Shown: positions 45,941-56,866, numbered from the stretch's first letter. The stretch is 64,000 bases of DNA from an uncultured Planctomycetia bacterium (GCA_964406665.1 CAYOSQ010000001.1:7412-71411), one strand, 5' to 3'. Notes: generated by a model from the letters alone, not told the origin. Numbers and translations are program-made.

Positions 45941-47025
45941 TTGCTGATCTTTTTTATCTTCTTTAAAATTTCCTCTTTGGAAGGAATACTCCCACCGGAA
46001 CGGCCGAAGAAATACACAGGACATCTCTCGCGCACAGCAAGACGAACATCCTCGACCATTTGACCACAGCTCATTTCAACCGTTAAAACATTTTTTATCT
46101 TTTTGTTCGTCTTGAACAATTTATAAAATGCATTATCAGGAAACGGCCAGAGAGATATCGGCCTAATCAATCCTACTTTAATTCCTTTTTCTCTTGCTTC
46201 TTCCATAGCCTGCTTAGCTATACGAGCCATTGAACCATATGCAACTAAAACTACTTTGCTATCATTTAAATGCAAAGACTCATAGCGTCTTTCTTTCAAA
46301 GAAATTATTCTATATGTCGCCTGTAAAACTTTATTCAGCTCTTCCAGGGCACCTTCTTTCAACAACAGAGAGCGGATAATATTAGGTTTACGGTTCTTTG
46401 CACCAGTAAGAATCCAGGGTTTTTTGATTTTTCTAGATACTGTTTTTTGCATCTGAAAGCCGTGTATAGATTCCATCATCTGACCAAGCATGCCATCACC
46501 CAAAACTATAGCCGGTACCCTATAAGCTTCGCTCAACTCAAATGCCTTAACTGTTAAATCAACTGCTTCTTGTACTGAAGCAGGAGCTAATACTATGCAA
46601 CGATAGTCTCCGTGGCCTCCGCCTTTAGTCGCCTGGAAATAATCAGCTTGGCTGAGAGATATATTGCCTAAACCCGGACCTCCCCGCATAATATTAACAA
46701 TCACAGCAGGCAATCTACATGCAGCCAAATACGAAATTCCTTCCTGCTTTAAGCTCATTCCCGGGCTAGAAGAAGTAGTCATGGCTAAAGCGCCTGTTGT
46801 TGCTGCACCAAATACCATATTTATTGCTGCCAACTCTGACTCTGCCTGAATAAATATTCCACTTACTTCTGGCATACGCCTTGACATATATGCGGGTATT
46901 TCATTTTGCGGAGTAATGGGATAGCCAGTATAGAACCGACAACCTGCCTGTATCGCAGCTTCGGCAATAGCTTCGTTTCCCGTCATCAACAAACTGTTTT
47001 TATTTTTTTTCTTTGTATGTTTCAA
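45937..47025 (-). CDS. 2-oxoacid:ferredoxin oxidoreductase alpha subunit (VorB-like)
   Basis: GNEA, GYPITPQ, QAESE, TSSSPG.SLKQE and GGGHGDY motifs. Confidence 0.92.
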   Translation of the reverse strand: MKHTKKKNKNSLLMTGNEAIAEAAIQAGCRFYTGYPITPQNEIPAYMSRRMPEVSGIFIQAESELAAINMVFGAATTGALAMTTSSSPGMSLKQEGISYLAACRLPAVIVNIMRGGPGLGNISLSQADYFQATKGGGHGDYRCIVLAPASVQEAVDLTVKAFELSEAYRVPAIVLGDGMLGQMMESIHGFQMQKTVSRKIKKPWILTGAKNRKPNIIRSLLLKEGALEELNKVLQATYRIISLKERRYESLHLNDSKVVLVAYGSMARIAKQAMEEAREKGIKVGLIRPISLWPFPDNAFYKLFKTNKKIKNVLTVEMSCGQMVEDVRLAVRERCPVYFFGRSGGSIPSKEEILKKIKKISK

Positions 47026-47218
47026 TACAAACCTCCGGACAAACTACATAACACATCCCGCAACCGGTACATTTCTTCTTTTGATCTTTTTTAAATTTCA
47101 CCGACTTAACTCCCAGCTTGTTGAAAGAAGATTCTATACCAATTAATCCTTGCGGACAAAAAGCAATACAAAGATAGCATGCTTTACATTTATCTTTTTT
47201 TATCTTAATTTTTGCCAT
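47000..47218 (-). CDS. 2x[4Fe-4S] ferredoxin-like delta subunit
   Basis: Two CxxCxxCxxxCP motifs. Confidence 0.9.
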   Translation of the reverse strand: MAKIKIKKDKCKACYLCIAFCPQGLIGIESSFNKLGVKSVKFKKDQKKKCTGCGMCYVVCPEVCIETYKEKK

Positions 47219-47223
47219 GAACT

Positions 47224-49107
47224 TTATTGATTTATAAAATGTTTAATTGTTTTTGTCAAAGACTCAACATCAAGACCAAGCTCCTTAAATAGCTTTTTGC
47301 GAGTTCCATGAACTATGAATTCCGTCGGGAGGCCTAAGTTAAGAATTTGAGGTAACTTATCTTTTTTGCACAAATCAACAATTTTTCCAGTAACCGTACT
47401 CCCAAACCCTCCATCAACAATTCCTTCTTCAATAGTTACTACTTTCTTGTGCGTTTTTAATAATTTCTGCAAAAGCTTTTCGTCTATCGGCTTTGCAAAA
47501 CGAGCATTAACCACTGTAGTTTCTATTTTTTCTTTCGCCAAATTTTCTGCAACCTCAGCTACATGTTTTACCATAGTTCCTATTGACAATATGGCGACAT
47601 CCTTACCTTCCCGGATAACTTCTGCTTTGCCCAATTCTATTTTTATGCCTGGTTCGCCCTGAGAAATCTTATCAACCTCTTTGGGATAACGTATCGCTAC
47701 AGGTTGATTAACATTAACTGCGAATTCAAGCATTGCTTGAAATTCTGATAAATCCTTTGGCGCCAATACAACCAAATTTGGCAAGTTACCCAAATAAGCT
47801 AAATCTGTTACTCCGTGATGAGTAGCTCCGTCAACCCCAACCAAACCTGCCCTATCAATTGCAAAAACCACTGGTAAATTTTGAAGCGCTACCGCCTCCA
47901 TAATTTGATCAAACGAACGCTGAAGAAAAGTTGAGTATATGGCAACTACGGGTTTTAACCCTGATTTTGCCAACCCTGCGGCAAAACATACTGCATGCTC
48001 TTCAGCTATGCCCACATCAAAAAATCTGTCAGGAAACTTATCGCGGAATAAATCTAACCCCGTCCCGTCAGGCATGGCAGCGGTAATAGCAACTATTTTT
48101 TTATCTTTGGCTGCCAGCTTAACAATTTCTTCTCCGAATATTCTTGTATACGATGCTGTATCATCTGCGTATTGAGATGGCTTTGCCCTACCCGATGAAA
48201 CCACGAAAGGAGAAGCGCTATGAAACCTCACAGGGTTTTCTTCTGCCGGATCATATCCTTTCCCTTTTTTAGTAACAATATGAATAATGCGCGGCTCTTT
48301 TAGAGAAAGAATATTTTTCAGTGTCGGCACTAATGTGCTTAGATCGTGTCCGTCAAAAGGACCGAAATAACGAAATCCCAATTCCTCAAAAAATATTCCC
48401 GGAACAATCAACCCCTTAAACACTTCTTCGAATTTATCCGAAAGCTTAAGTATGCGGGTTCCCACCCGCGGAATGCGTTCCTTAATAAAATGCTCAACTG
48501 CCTCACGAAATCTATTATAGATCGGCTGAGATATAATCTTATTCAAATAATTGGAAAGCGCACCCACCGACGGGGCGATGCTCATCTCGTTAGTATTAAA
48601 CATTACCGCTATATCTGTTTTCAAATGTCCGGCATTATTTAAGGCCTCAAAACACAAACCTCCAGTAAGTGAACCATCACCCATAACCGCAACAATTTTC
48701 TCATCGGTCTTTTTCAAATCCCTTGCAGCCGCTAACCCTAGTGCAAGCGAAACAGATGTTGAGCTGTGTCCCGTGGTAAATACATCGTACTCAGATTCGT
48801 CCTTGTGAGGAAAGCCGCTTATTCCTTTAAACTGTCTGAGGGTATGAAATTTTTTAGCACGTCCTGTTAAAATCTTATGAGCATAACATTGATGTCCAAC
48901 ATCCCAAACAATTTTATCTTCGGGAGTATTAAGACAGTAGTGCAACGCTACTGTTAGCTCGACTGCGCCTAAGCTAGAAGCAAGATGCCCCCCTGTTGAT
49001 GACACTACTTGTATCATCTTTTCGCGAATTTCATGTGCTACAAACGGCAATTCGTCAACAGGAAGTTCTTTAAGATCATTTGGAGAGTTGATTCTGTCAA
49101 TTAACAC
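47224..49107 (-). CDS. dxs: 1-deoxy-D-xylulose-5-phosphate synthase
   Basis: GGHLASSLG, WDVGHQ.YAHK, GHSSTS, GDGSLTGG, DVGIAE and DRAG.VG.DG.TH motifs. Confidence 0.95.
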   Translation of the reverse strand: MLIDRINSPNDLKELPVDELPFVAHEIREKMIQVVSSTGGHLASSLGAVELTVALHYCLNTPEDKIVWDVGHQCYAHKILTGRAKKFHTLRQFKGISGFPHKDESEYDVFTTGHSSTSVSLALGLAAARDLKKTDEKIVAVMGDGSLTGGLCFEALNNAGHLKTDIAVMFNTNEMSIAPSVGALSNYLNKIISQPIYNRFREAVEHFIKERIPRVGTRILKLSDKFEEVFKGLIVPGIFFEELGFRYFGPFDGHDLSTLVPTLKNILSLKEPRIIHIVTKKGKGYDPAEENPVRFHSASPFVVSSGRAKPSQYADDTASYTRIFGEEIVKLAAKDKKIVAITAAMPDGTGLDLFRDKFPDRFFDVGIAEEHAVCFAAGLAKSGLKPVVAIYSTFLQRSFDQIMEAVALQNLPVVFAIDRAGLVGVDGATHHGVTDLAYLGNLPNLVVLAPKDLSEFQAMLEFAVNVNQPVAIRYPKEVDKISQGEPGIKIELGKAEVIREGKDVAILSIGTMVKHVAEVAENLAKEKIETTVVNARFAKPIDEKLLQKLLKTHKKVVTIEEGIVDGGFGSTVTGKIVDLCKKDKLPQILNLGLPTEFIVHGTRKKLFKELGLDVESLTKTIKHFINQ

Positions 49108-49109
49108 GG

Positions 49110-49490
49110 CTATAGATTTTCTGATTGCAATCGCATGAGTCTTTGAACTATAGAATAGATTCTTTGCTGATCATCTTTCTTAACTTTGCTTAATTCGATA
49201 CCAGTATCAAAGAACAGTGGTTTCTTTTCATCCGAATCTTTTCTCTTTACCACCCAAACGATTTTACCTTCACATTTTATATGAGGCTGTGTATCCATTA
49301 AATCAAGCTCAACTTCTACGGGAGTAAACAAACCAAGGTCTTTCTTTAAAATGACACAGACACCACCCATCCCGATATTCTCTGTATGTGTCAACATCGC
49401 TTCCGGACGGACGCTGCTGCGACGGATAATGACCAAACAGGGATAATTTGCCCTAGGAAATCTTCTTCTATCCATACCTTGCCATGTCAT
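49110..49490 (-). CDS. PilZ domain protein
   Basis: DRRRFPR (RxxxR), T.NIG.GG, G.IVWV and TGIE motifs. Confidence 0.85.
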   Translation of the reverse strand: MTWQGMDRRRFPRANYPCLVIIRRSSVRPEAMLTHTENIGMGGVCVILKKDLGLFTPVEVELDLMDTQPHIKCEGKIVWVVKRKDSDEKKPLFFDTGIELSKVKKDDQQRIYSIVQRLMRLQSENL

Positions 49491-50269
49491 TTGAACCCCC
49501 TTTGTAATCTTTTAATAGAATTAGCTTTACCAGTTTTTTCATCTATATCTATAATAACGCCGTGCAGCTGAATATCCTCAGAAGCAACTTCAAACCTAAC
49601 CGGCAGACCTGTAAGAAATCTCTCTATTATCTTTTCTTTTTTTTGACCAATAACAGAATCGCAAGGACCTACCATGCCCGCATCAGTAATATATGCAGTG
49701 CCTTTGGACAAAACCTTTTCATCTGCAGTCTGAATATGAGTATGAGTGCCTATTACCGCACTTACTTCTCCGTCCAAAAAATGTCCCATAGCAACTTTTT
49801 CGCTGGTTGCCTCTGCATGCATATCAACAATAATAACCTTAGTTTCTTTTTTTAGCTCAGCCACTAATTTCTCTGCTGCCTTAAAAGGATTCTCTACTAC
49901 AGGGGCCATGAACACCCTACCCTGTAGATTAAGCACGCCAACTTTTTTACTCCCCTTTTCTACGACACAACATCCAACACCTGGGACTTCTACAGCAAAA
50001 TTAGCCGGACGCACAAGCCTGTCCTTGTTGTCCATCTCATCTAAAAGTTCTCGCCTATCCCAAATATGATCGCCACTAGTTAATATGTCAACGTTGTATC
50101 TTGCAAGCTCATCAATAATTTTTGGAGTTATTCCAGCACCGCCGGCAGCATTTTCTGCATTAGCTATGCAAAATTCTATGTTGAATTCTTCTGTAATCTG
50201 TGGGAGGAGCTCGGCAATTGCCTCTCTGCCTTGCTTACCTACAACATCTCCGATAAACAATATATTCAT
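49487..50269 (-). CDS. ymdB: YmdB/TIGR00282 metallophosphoesterase
   Basis: GDVVG..GR, NAENAAGG.G, DMHAEATSEK and GTHTH motifs; adjacent to rny. Confidence 0.93.
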   Translation of the reverse strand: MNILFIGDVVGKQGREAIAELLPQITEEFNIEFCIANAENAAGGAGITPKIIDELARYNVDILTSGDHIWDRRELLDEMDNKDRLVRPANFAVEVPGVGCCVVEKGSKKVGVLNLQGRVFMAPVVENPFKAAEKLVAELKKETKVIIVDMHAEATSEKVAMGHFLDGEVSAVIGTHTHIQTADEKVLSKGTAYITDAGMVGPCDSVIGQKKEKIIERFLTGLPVRFEVASEDIQLHGVIIDIDEKTGKANSIKRLQRGFK

Positions 50270-50347
50270 ACTATTACATTACTGCATAAGATATCTCTAT
50301 GTCAAGCAACAATACATAAACAAACTTAGCATTATTATGCCCTGTAG

Positions 50348-51922
50348 TTACTTAGCATATTCTATGGCACGAGTTTCTCTTATGACAGTTACCTTTATCT
50401 GTCCGGGATATTCCATCCCATCTTCAATCTTTTTACGTATGTCATTAGCTAAAACTGTTACTTCGGCATCAGCTACTCTCTCAGGCTGTACAATTACACG
50501 TATTTCTCTTCCAGCCTGAATTGCGAATGCCTTCTCAACGCCCTTAAACTCCGTAGCGATTGATTCTAGTTTATCTAAGCGCTTGATATAACTTTCTAAA
50601 GTTTCTCGACGCGCACCTGGACGAGCAGCACTAATACCATCTGCGGCTATAGCAAGTACGGCGTATAAGCTTTTTATTTCTTCTTCTTCGTGATGAGCTC
50701 CTATAGAATTAACCACCATCTCTGACTCACCAAACTTTTTAGCTAATTCGGCCCCGATCTTTGCGTGTGTACCTTCTATCTGATGATCAACCGCCTTACC
50801 TATATCGTGCAACAAGCCGATACGTCGGGCTAGCTTATAATCCAAACCTAGCTCCGAAGCCATAACACCCATAAGATAAGATACCTCTTTAGAATGCTGC
50901 AGTGCGTTCTGTCCGAAACTGGTGCGGTATTTTAATTTTCCTAAGAGCCTTATTATCTCCGGCCTAACACCTAAAAGTCCCATATCAAAAACTACCTGTT
51001 CACCCTCTTCTTTAATGCGCTGAGACAAGTCTTTTTTTGCCTTTTCCACAACTTCTTCTATGCGTCCGGGATGAATCCTGCCATCTCCAATTAACTTCTC
51101 TAAAGCCATCCTGGCAACTTCACGGCGCACCACATCAAAACCTGATAAAGTCACAGCTTCCGGCGTATCATCTATAATGATATCTATTCCTGTGGCCATC
51201 TCTAATGCCCTGATGTTACGGCCTTCTCTACCTATGATCCTACCTTTCATTTCATCACTAGGAAGACTAACAACGCTTACGGTTGATTCTGTTGTGTGTT
51301 CAGTTGCGCAGCGCTGAATAGCTAAACTGACAATCTCCTTAGCTTTTTTATCAGAAGTTTCTTTCACTTCATCTTCAAGTTTTTTAAGAAGCACAGCTTT
51401 TTCTCTTTTCATTTCTTCTTCTAAACGCACCATAAGCAATCTTCTGGCCTCTTCTTGGGATAGAGAAGAAATTTGCTGCAGGCGCTGTTTTTCTTCAACA
51501 AGCAGCTTTTGGAGTTGATCGTCTTTCTGTTTAATAGCTGCTTCTTGGCCTAAAACGGCCTGCTGTTTTTGTTGCATGTCTTTTTCTTTTTTCTCGAGAA
51601 GATCAACACGCCGCTCAATATTCTCCTCCCGCTGCGTCAAGCGTTTCTCTAGCGTGGTAATTTCATCTCGCCTGTCTTTAGTCTCCTTCTCGAAATCCTG
51701 ACGGATATTAAAAAGAAGGTCTTTCGCTTCTATGTCTATTTCTTTTTTTCTTGTTTCTGCTTCTCTTTTGGCTGTCTCTAAAATCTGCTTGGATTCTAAT
51801 TCGGCATTATATACCTTTTTCCCAGCAGTATATTTCCTGACAAAGTATCCCAGAAATATAAAACAGGCAGCCATTAATACAATCATTACTGTCTGAATCA
51901 TAGTATTGGCAAATATTGACAT
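50348..51922 (-). CDS. rny: Ribonuclease Y
   Basis: N-terminal TM and coiled coil, KH domain ([13 protein letters not shown]) and HD domain (LLHDIGK). Confidence 0.96.
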   Translation of the reverse strand: MSIFANTMIQTVMIVLMAACFIFLGYFVRKYTAGKKVYNAELESKQILETAKREAETRKKEIDIEAKDLLFNIRQDFEKETKDRRDEITTLEKRLTQREENIERRVDLLEKKEKDMQQKQQAVLGQEAAIKQKDDQLQKLLVEEKQRLQQISSLSQEEARRLLMVRLEEEMKREKAVLLKKLEDEVKETSDKKAKEIVSLAIQRCATEHTTESTVSVVSLPSDEMKGRIIGREGRNIRALEMATGIDIIIDDTPEAVTLSGFDVVRREVARMALEKLIGDGRIHPGRIEEVVEKAKKDLSQRIKEEGEQVVFDMGLLGVRPEIIRLLGKLKYRTSFGQNALQHSKEVSYLMGVMASELGLDYKLARRIGLLHDIGKAVDHQIEGTHAKIGAELAKKFGESEMVVNSIGAHHEEEEIKSLYAVLAIAADGISAARPGARRETLESYIKRLDKLESIATEFKGVEKAFAIQAGREIRVIVQPERVADAEVTVLANDIRKKIEDGMEYPGQIKVTVIRETRAIEYAK

Positions 51923-52000
51923 GAGTTTAACACCCCCTATTGCACAACTTAATATTTTTTCTTATTCTAACAAGAGATACATGTGTAGAGCTAAATCTGT

Positions 52001-52606
52001 TTATGCAAACAGAATTTTGTCTACTGGCAAGTCGTGATTCTTTTGGTAAGGGATACGCGGAATAACTTGAAAATCAAAGGCAAGTCCTATAGTAAAAACG
52101 TGTCTTGGTAATGTTTTTAAGAAACGGTCGTAATACCCTTTTCCTCTTCCTAGGCGGTTGCCTTTTTTATCAAAAGCAACTCCTGGAACAATAACCAGAT
52201 CAATGTTCTCCTTAGCTATAGGTTTTATGTGTTCCTTCTTGGGTTCAGATATACCATAAACATTCTTTACAAACGTCTTTTGGAAACTATTAACCAGCGA
52301 AGGAACTATTGTTTTTGCCCTCTCCTTAATAACAGGAAGGGCTATATTTTTTTTATTTCTCTTTGCCTCTTTTATCATTTTAAACGTATCAACCTCACCA
52401 TCAAAACTTGCATAAAACAAAATATTTTTTGCTTCTTTAAACTCTAAACAAGAAAACAACTTCTCTTGAACCTTATAACTTTTTCTTGCCCTGCTAACCT
52501 CCTTTTGCACTTTCAACTTATTTAGGATGTATTTCCTAAGTTTTCTTTTTTGTTCTTTAACCTTTTTGTTCACCGGAATCTCCGGTGTTCTTCTTTTTAA
52601 AATCAT
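52001..52606 (-). CDS. 5-formyltetrahydrofolate cyclo-ligase
   Basis: EVDT, YGI.EP and VPGVAFD..G.RLGRGKGYYDR motifs. True start is possibly GTG 52573. Confidence 0.92.
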   Translation of the reverse strand: MILKRRTPEIPVNKKVKEQKRKLRKYILNKLKVQKEVSRARKSYKVQEKLFSCLEFKEAKNILFYASFDGEVDTFKMIKEAKRNKKNIALPVIKERAKTIVPSLVNSFQKTFVKNVYGISEPKKEHIKPIAKENIDLVIVPGVAFDKKGNRLGRGKGYYDRFLKTLPRHVFTIGLAFDFQVIPRIPYQKNHDLPVDKILFA

Positions 52607-52958
52607 CGATTGCTGATTTCAAAGCCTCTTCGGCTAATACGGAACAATGCATTTTTACCGCAGGCAATCCCCCTAAGGACTCTGCAACAATACGGTTGGA
52701 AATCTTCAATGCTTCATCTATCGTTTTATCTTTAACTAGCTCTGTAACCATAGAACTAGTTGCAATGGCTGCACCGCAACCAAAAGTTTTGAACTTTGCA
52801 TCTACTATTTTATCATCTTTTATTTTAAGATACAACTTTAAGATATCTCCGCATACAGGATTTCCTACGCTACCAATGCCGTCTGCATCCTTAATTTCTC
52901 CTACATTATGAGGATGTAAACAATGCTCCATTACTTTATCGTTGTAACCTTCTGCCAT
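52557..52958 (-). CDS. Fe-S cluster scaffold NifU/IscU-like
   Basis: GNPVCGD, FKTFGCGAAIA and KMHCS motifs. Confidence 0.93.
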   Translation of the reverse strand: MAEGYNDKVMEHCLHPHNVGEIKDADGIGSVGNPVCGDILKLYLKIKDDKIVDAKFKTFGCGAAIATSSMVTELVKDKTIDEALKISNRIVAESLGGLPAVKMHCSVLAEEALKSAIDDFKKKNTGDSGEQKG

Positions 52959-52959
52959 T

Positions 52960-53613
52960 TTACTTTCCTGCCGTTGCCTTTCTCGGCTTCACCGTTTTTC
53001 CGTAATCCTTGACGGATTGAATTTTGGAAAATAATTCCAGCTTGCCGCGTTTTTTAAGATCATTATAAATCAACACCCACGTACAATCTCTGTCTTTATC
53101 TACTTCACATTTACCTTTATCCATGCCGCCACAGGGGCCGTTTAAAATTCCCTTAGGACATCTAGTAATCGGACAGATACAGCCGGTTGAATCTAAAACA
53201 CATTCGGCACAGGCAGAGCACAATTCTTGAAAACTACCCTGGCTATCAACTGCTCCAGCAAATAAAGTATCACACCCTGGCACGACCCAAAGATCTCTTC
53301 GGTCGTTTTCTTTAACCGACTGAGCACCTAAACCACAGGCCATAACCAAAATAGCATCTGATTCTTTTACTGCCTTTATATTCTTTGCGAAAGATGTTTT
53401 TATCTGGGCTGAAACACATGGGGCATCTGGAACAACATATCCTGTTACTTCCTTGCCTTGCTGTTCCAATTTTTCCTTAACTGCTAAGACTTCGGGCTCT
53501 CCTCCAGTCTTACAAGTTGTAGAGCATTCTCCGCAACCAATCACAAAAATCTTCTTAGATTCTTTAAGATTATCTAGAATCTTCTGCAAATCTCTTTGTT
53601 TAGTAATAATCAT
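52960..53613 (-). CDS. Methylene-THF reductase small subunit (MetV / MTHFR C-terminal domain protein)
   Basis: GC..C...C..GG, CG.G.Q, C..C..C, CP...CPK..LNGPCGG and CEV...C.W motifs. Confidence 0.85.
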   Translation of the reverse strand: MIITKQRDLQKILDNLKESKKIFVIGCGECSTTCKTGGEPEVLAVKEKLEQQGKEVTGYVVPDAPCVSAQIKTSFAKNIKAVKESDAILVMACGLGAQSVKENDRRDLWVVPGCDTLFAGAVDSQGSFQELCSACAECVLDSTGCICPITRCPKGILNGPCGGMDKGKCEVDKDRDCTWVLIYNDLKKRGKLELFSKIQSVKDYGKTVKPRKATAGK

Positions 53614-53691
53614 AGTAGAATAATTTTAAATCAAAATTGCCAAAAAGTAAACAAATTTCGCTTAAGCCAAAAATTATCCGGAATTTCACAA

Positions 53692-55029
53692 TTAAGGCTT
53701 ATTCTGATCTTCGTTTTTTTTACGGCGCTTTAAATTTTCCATGCGCTGTCTTATTTTTGCTTCATAACCAATATCTGCAGGATGATAATAGCTTATGTTT
53801 TCCGGCATATATTCTTGAACAACAAAATGGTCAGAATAATTATGTGCATATTTATAATCTTCGCCTCGGCCAAGTTTTTTTGCGCCGCGATATGATGCAT
53901 CCTTTAAATGTTTTGGCACTTCTTGTATGCGTTGGTTTTCGACATCTTCCATTGCCTTGTTAATTCCCATATAAGCTGCGTTTGATTTAGGAGAACAGGC
54001 AACGTAGACCGCTGCCTGAGCCAAAGGAATTCTAGCTTCAGGAAGACCAACGAATTCAGCCACCTGCATTGCAGCATTTGCTAAAACCAACGCCTGAGGG
54101 TCTGCATTGCCTACATCTTCTGCAGCGCAAATACATATACGCCTGGCAACAAACCGAGGATCCTCGCCGGCATAAAGCATCTTAGCCATCCAGTATAAAG
54201 CCGCATCCGGGTCAGAGCCGCGCATAGATTTTATAAAACTTGAGGCTGTATCATAATGAGCATCTTCATCTTTATCATACAATATTATTTTTTTCTGAAT
54301 AGACTCTTTAGCTACTTCTAATGAAAAGTTTATTTTACCTTTTTTATCCACAGGTGTTGTAAGACAACCAACTTCTAAAGCGTTAAGGGCTCTTCTGGCA
54401 TCGCCATCGCACGTTTTTGACAAAAATTCTAAGGCTTTATCTTGAACATCTACTGCAAGATTACCCAAACCATTCTTTTTATCGACAAGCGCTCTTTTTA
54501 AAATTGATAATATTTCTTTTTTTTCTAAAGAGTGTAATTCAAAAACTAGCGAACGGGATAAAAGCGGAGAGACCAAAGAAAAAAATGGGTTGTGCACTGT
54601 GGCACCAATAAGAATAATCGTAGCCTCTTCAACATCCGGCATCAAAACATCTTGCTGTGCTTTGTTGAAACGGTGAATTTCATCTATAAACAATATTGTC
54701 TTCCTACCGTTGGTTGATTTCCTATGTTTTGCCTGTGCGATAATTTTACGCATCTCTTCCACATTAGATGTAACGGCATTTATCGGAACAAATTCTGTTT
54801 TAGTAATATTGCTTATTAAATGTGCCAGAGAAGTTTTTCCCACACCCGGAGGGCCATAAAGGATTAACGATGTTAGCCTATCGGCTTCAATTGCGCGGCG
54901 CAAGAGCTTATCTTTTCCCAAGATGTGTTCTTGCCCGACAAACTCTGATAGCTTTCCCGGACGCATGCGTGCAGCTAATGGTCTATCTTTTGTATTTTCT
55001 GTTTTTGGTTTTGTCTCGAAGAGATCCAT
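53692..55029 (-). CDS. rarA: Replication-associated recombination protein A (RarA/MgsA)
   Basis: PLA.RMRP, GPPGVGKT, DEIHRFNKAQQD and FIKSMRGSDPDAA motifs. Confidence 0.95.
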   Translation of the reverse strand: MDLFETKPKTENTKDRPLAARMRPGKLSEFVGQEHILGKDKLLRRAIEADRLTSLILYGPPGVGKTSLAHLISNITKTEFVPINAVTSNVEEMRKIIAQAKHRKSTNGRKTILFIDEIHRFNKAQQDVLMPDVEEATIILIGATVHNPFFSLVSPLLSRSLVFELHSLEKKEILSILKRALVDKKNGLGNLAVDVQDKALEFLSKTCDGDARRALNALEVGCLTTPVDKKGKINFSLEVAKESIQKKIILYDKDEDAHYDTASSFIKSMRGSDPDAALYWMAKMLYAGEDPRFVARRICICAAEDVGNADPQALVLANAAMQVAEFVGLPEARIPLAQAAVYVACSPKSNAAYMGINKAMEDVENQRIQEVPKHLKDASYRGAKKLGRGEDYKYAHNYSDHFVVQEYMPENISYYHPADIGYEAKIRQRMENLKRRKKNEDQNKP

Positions 55030-55068
55030 TTTAAATCAAATAATAAATTATTTCTTTGCGTGAAAAAA

Positions 55069-55222
55069 ATCCCCGCAACATGCCGTCGGAAAACTGGTTG
55101 ACTGAACCGTGTGTCTACAAGTGGGTGTCGCTCTAAACTTACCCGCAGGCAACATAGAAGTCAACTCCCATTGTTTAGCTGTTGGCTCAACACACATATC
55201 TTCCGGCGCGCATGGCAGGGAT
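55069..55222 (-). ncRNA. ssrS: 6S RNA
   Basis: Closing stem ATCCCTG/CGGGGAT; TTGAGCCAA...GGGAG...CACCCAC..GGTTCA central-bubble pattern. Lies downstream of pheT and upstream of the cyclo-ligase/rny region. Confidence 0.88.
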
Positions 55223-55246
55223 AAGAATTAATTACTTCTTAATTTG

Positions 55247-55275
55247 AATATACCACTTGGCAATTACAAAATCAA
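55247..55275 (-). promoter_or_regulatory. Sigma70 promoter of 6S RNA
   Basis: TTGATT-17 nt-TATATT with TGn. Confidence 0.65.
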
Positions 55276-55332
55276 GGAATTTTGATGGCAGGTAAAATAT
55301 TTTTTCTTTTGTTTTTTGTAAGCGGAAGATTT

Positions 55333-56835
55333 CTATTTATTATCTGATACTAACTCTAAAGCTGCTATTCTCTGCGCTAACTCTTTATTTTCTGACTTTA
55401 ATGCATCAATTTCTGTCTTAAGCTCCCTTATAGTCTCTACAAAAAGTGCCTCAATTCCAGAAATATTGGTTGTTTTAAAACCATCCGGCCCATCCATTAC
55501 CCACTGAGGAAATACTTGTTCTATCTCTTGGGCTATGAAACCCATACGAGTACCAGTTTCATTGCCATGTCTTTGTGGATCTTTCCATTCAAAAACAGCC
55601 CCCCGCAGCTTAAGCACGGTATCCAAAGCTTCTTCTACAGTTTTGATATTCTTTTTTAAGCGTCTATCTGAAACGGCATTCCAAAGGTTGCCGCCGGAGC
55701 TCTTCCACGCAGACATACCTGTTCCATTATAATTCACTACCAAACCTGTGTTGGCGCTAGCGGGATTATCGTAATCTACAACAAGACCCTGGCCACCACC
55801 TTGATAATCTATCCACATCCCAGCCCCAGAACCACCCTCATATTGAACATTTATCCCATGTCCAGTAATATTATTGCTTTCGTTCCAAACCTTAAGTACA
55901 TCGGGGTCTCCGGAGACATTCGGATGAATATATGCTTGAACCGCATTATCGCCAGTAGAATATGCAACATTGCCTTGTAACTGAAAATCCGCTGCATGAA
56001 CATCGCTGCTTGCATCATTAAGCATAGTTCCTTTGACTGCTGCCCAATATCCGTAGTCACCATTGGGCGTTAGCGATGATTCAAAACCGGAAAAATTTGT
56101 TCCCTGGCCGAGATTACCAGCATAATCGACATAGGTTGCATATATTGCGCGATCGTAATCGCCCGCAGCGCTATCACCCGAACCTCCCACATACAACCTT
56201 GCGATATCATTAGATACTATACGCGGGTCTCCGATAAGCACATTAGAACCTAATGGATTAAGCGCTAAAATTTGATAGGTGCCAGCATCTTCAAATGCCT
56301 GAATACTGCCAAAGGTATTTTCCGCTCCAGATGGTTCGCGCAGATTACCTAAAGCAAGACCGTATTGATTGTCCCCGATAAAATAAGCAGTATGCTGTCC
56401 TAGGCCAGTTGCTCCCTGCACTGAAAACCGAGCCGCAGGACTATTGGTACCAATACCTATGTTCCAATCTAAACCCAAATCTACATCCCGTGTGTAAAGA
56501 TCTGTACCGTTAAGCCTCCAGTGTCCACCGCCTCCGACACCTGCCATCTGCTCCCAGGCAAAAGCCGGTGTTGCGTCTTGCGTACAGACATAAAGGCCTA
56601 TACCATCGGGAAGTCCTCCAGCGCCGTCATCGTAATGCATAATGCCTTCATTTGCAGCATTGCATCCGGCTGCCGGAGGAGTATTGTTAGGAAACAATCT
56701 TAAGGCTTTATATGCACCAAACGGTGCGGGATAATAGGTTGTCAGGGTTAACCCTTCTGTCGTTTGAGCATAAGCACAAACACTAGCCAGTGCAATTAAG
56801 CTTATACCTATTAAAATAATTATTGTTTTTTTCAT
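55333..56835 (-). CDS. Secreted fibre protein, TTYYP-motif N-terminus + C-terminal S74 intramolecular chaperone
   Basis: Signal peptide; TTYYPAPFGAYK; NIGIGTNSP; SDRRLKKNI, GFIAQE.E.VFP.WV and a terminal coiled coil. Confidence 0.85.
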   Translation of the reverse strand: MKKTIIILIGISLIALASVCAYAQTTEGLTLTTYYPAPFGAYKALRLFPNNTPPAAGCNAANEGIMHYDDGAGGLPDGIGLYVCTQDATPAFAWEQMAGVGGGGHWRLNGTDLYTRDVDLGLDWNIGIGTNSPAARFSVQGATGLGQHTAYFIGDNQYGLALGNLREPSGAENTFGSIQAFEDAGTYQILALNPLGSNVLIGDPRIVSNDIARLYVGGSGDSAAGDYDRAIYATYVDYAGNLGQGTNFSGFESSLTPNGDYGYWAAVKGTMLNDASSDVHAADFQLQGNVAYSTGDNAVQAYIHPNVSGDPDVLKVWNESNNITGHGINVQYEGGSGAGMWIDYQGGGQGLVVDYDNPASANTGLVVNYNGTGMSAWKSSGGNLWNAVSDRRLKKNIKTVEEALDTVLKLRGAVFEWKDPQRHGNETGTRMGFIAQEIEQVFPQWVMDGPDGFKTTNISGIEALFVETIRELKTEIDALKSENKELAQRIAALELVSDNK

Positions 56836-56866
56836 ATTGCACCTCCTCTTCGTGGGAAAAACCAGA

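Noticed and set aside
43828-56835. Prophage remnants (S74 tail-fibre domains)
   Set aside because: The proteins have Sec signal peptides, sit singly in housekeeping operons, and no other phage genes are present.
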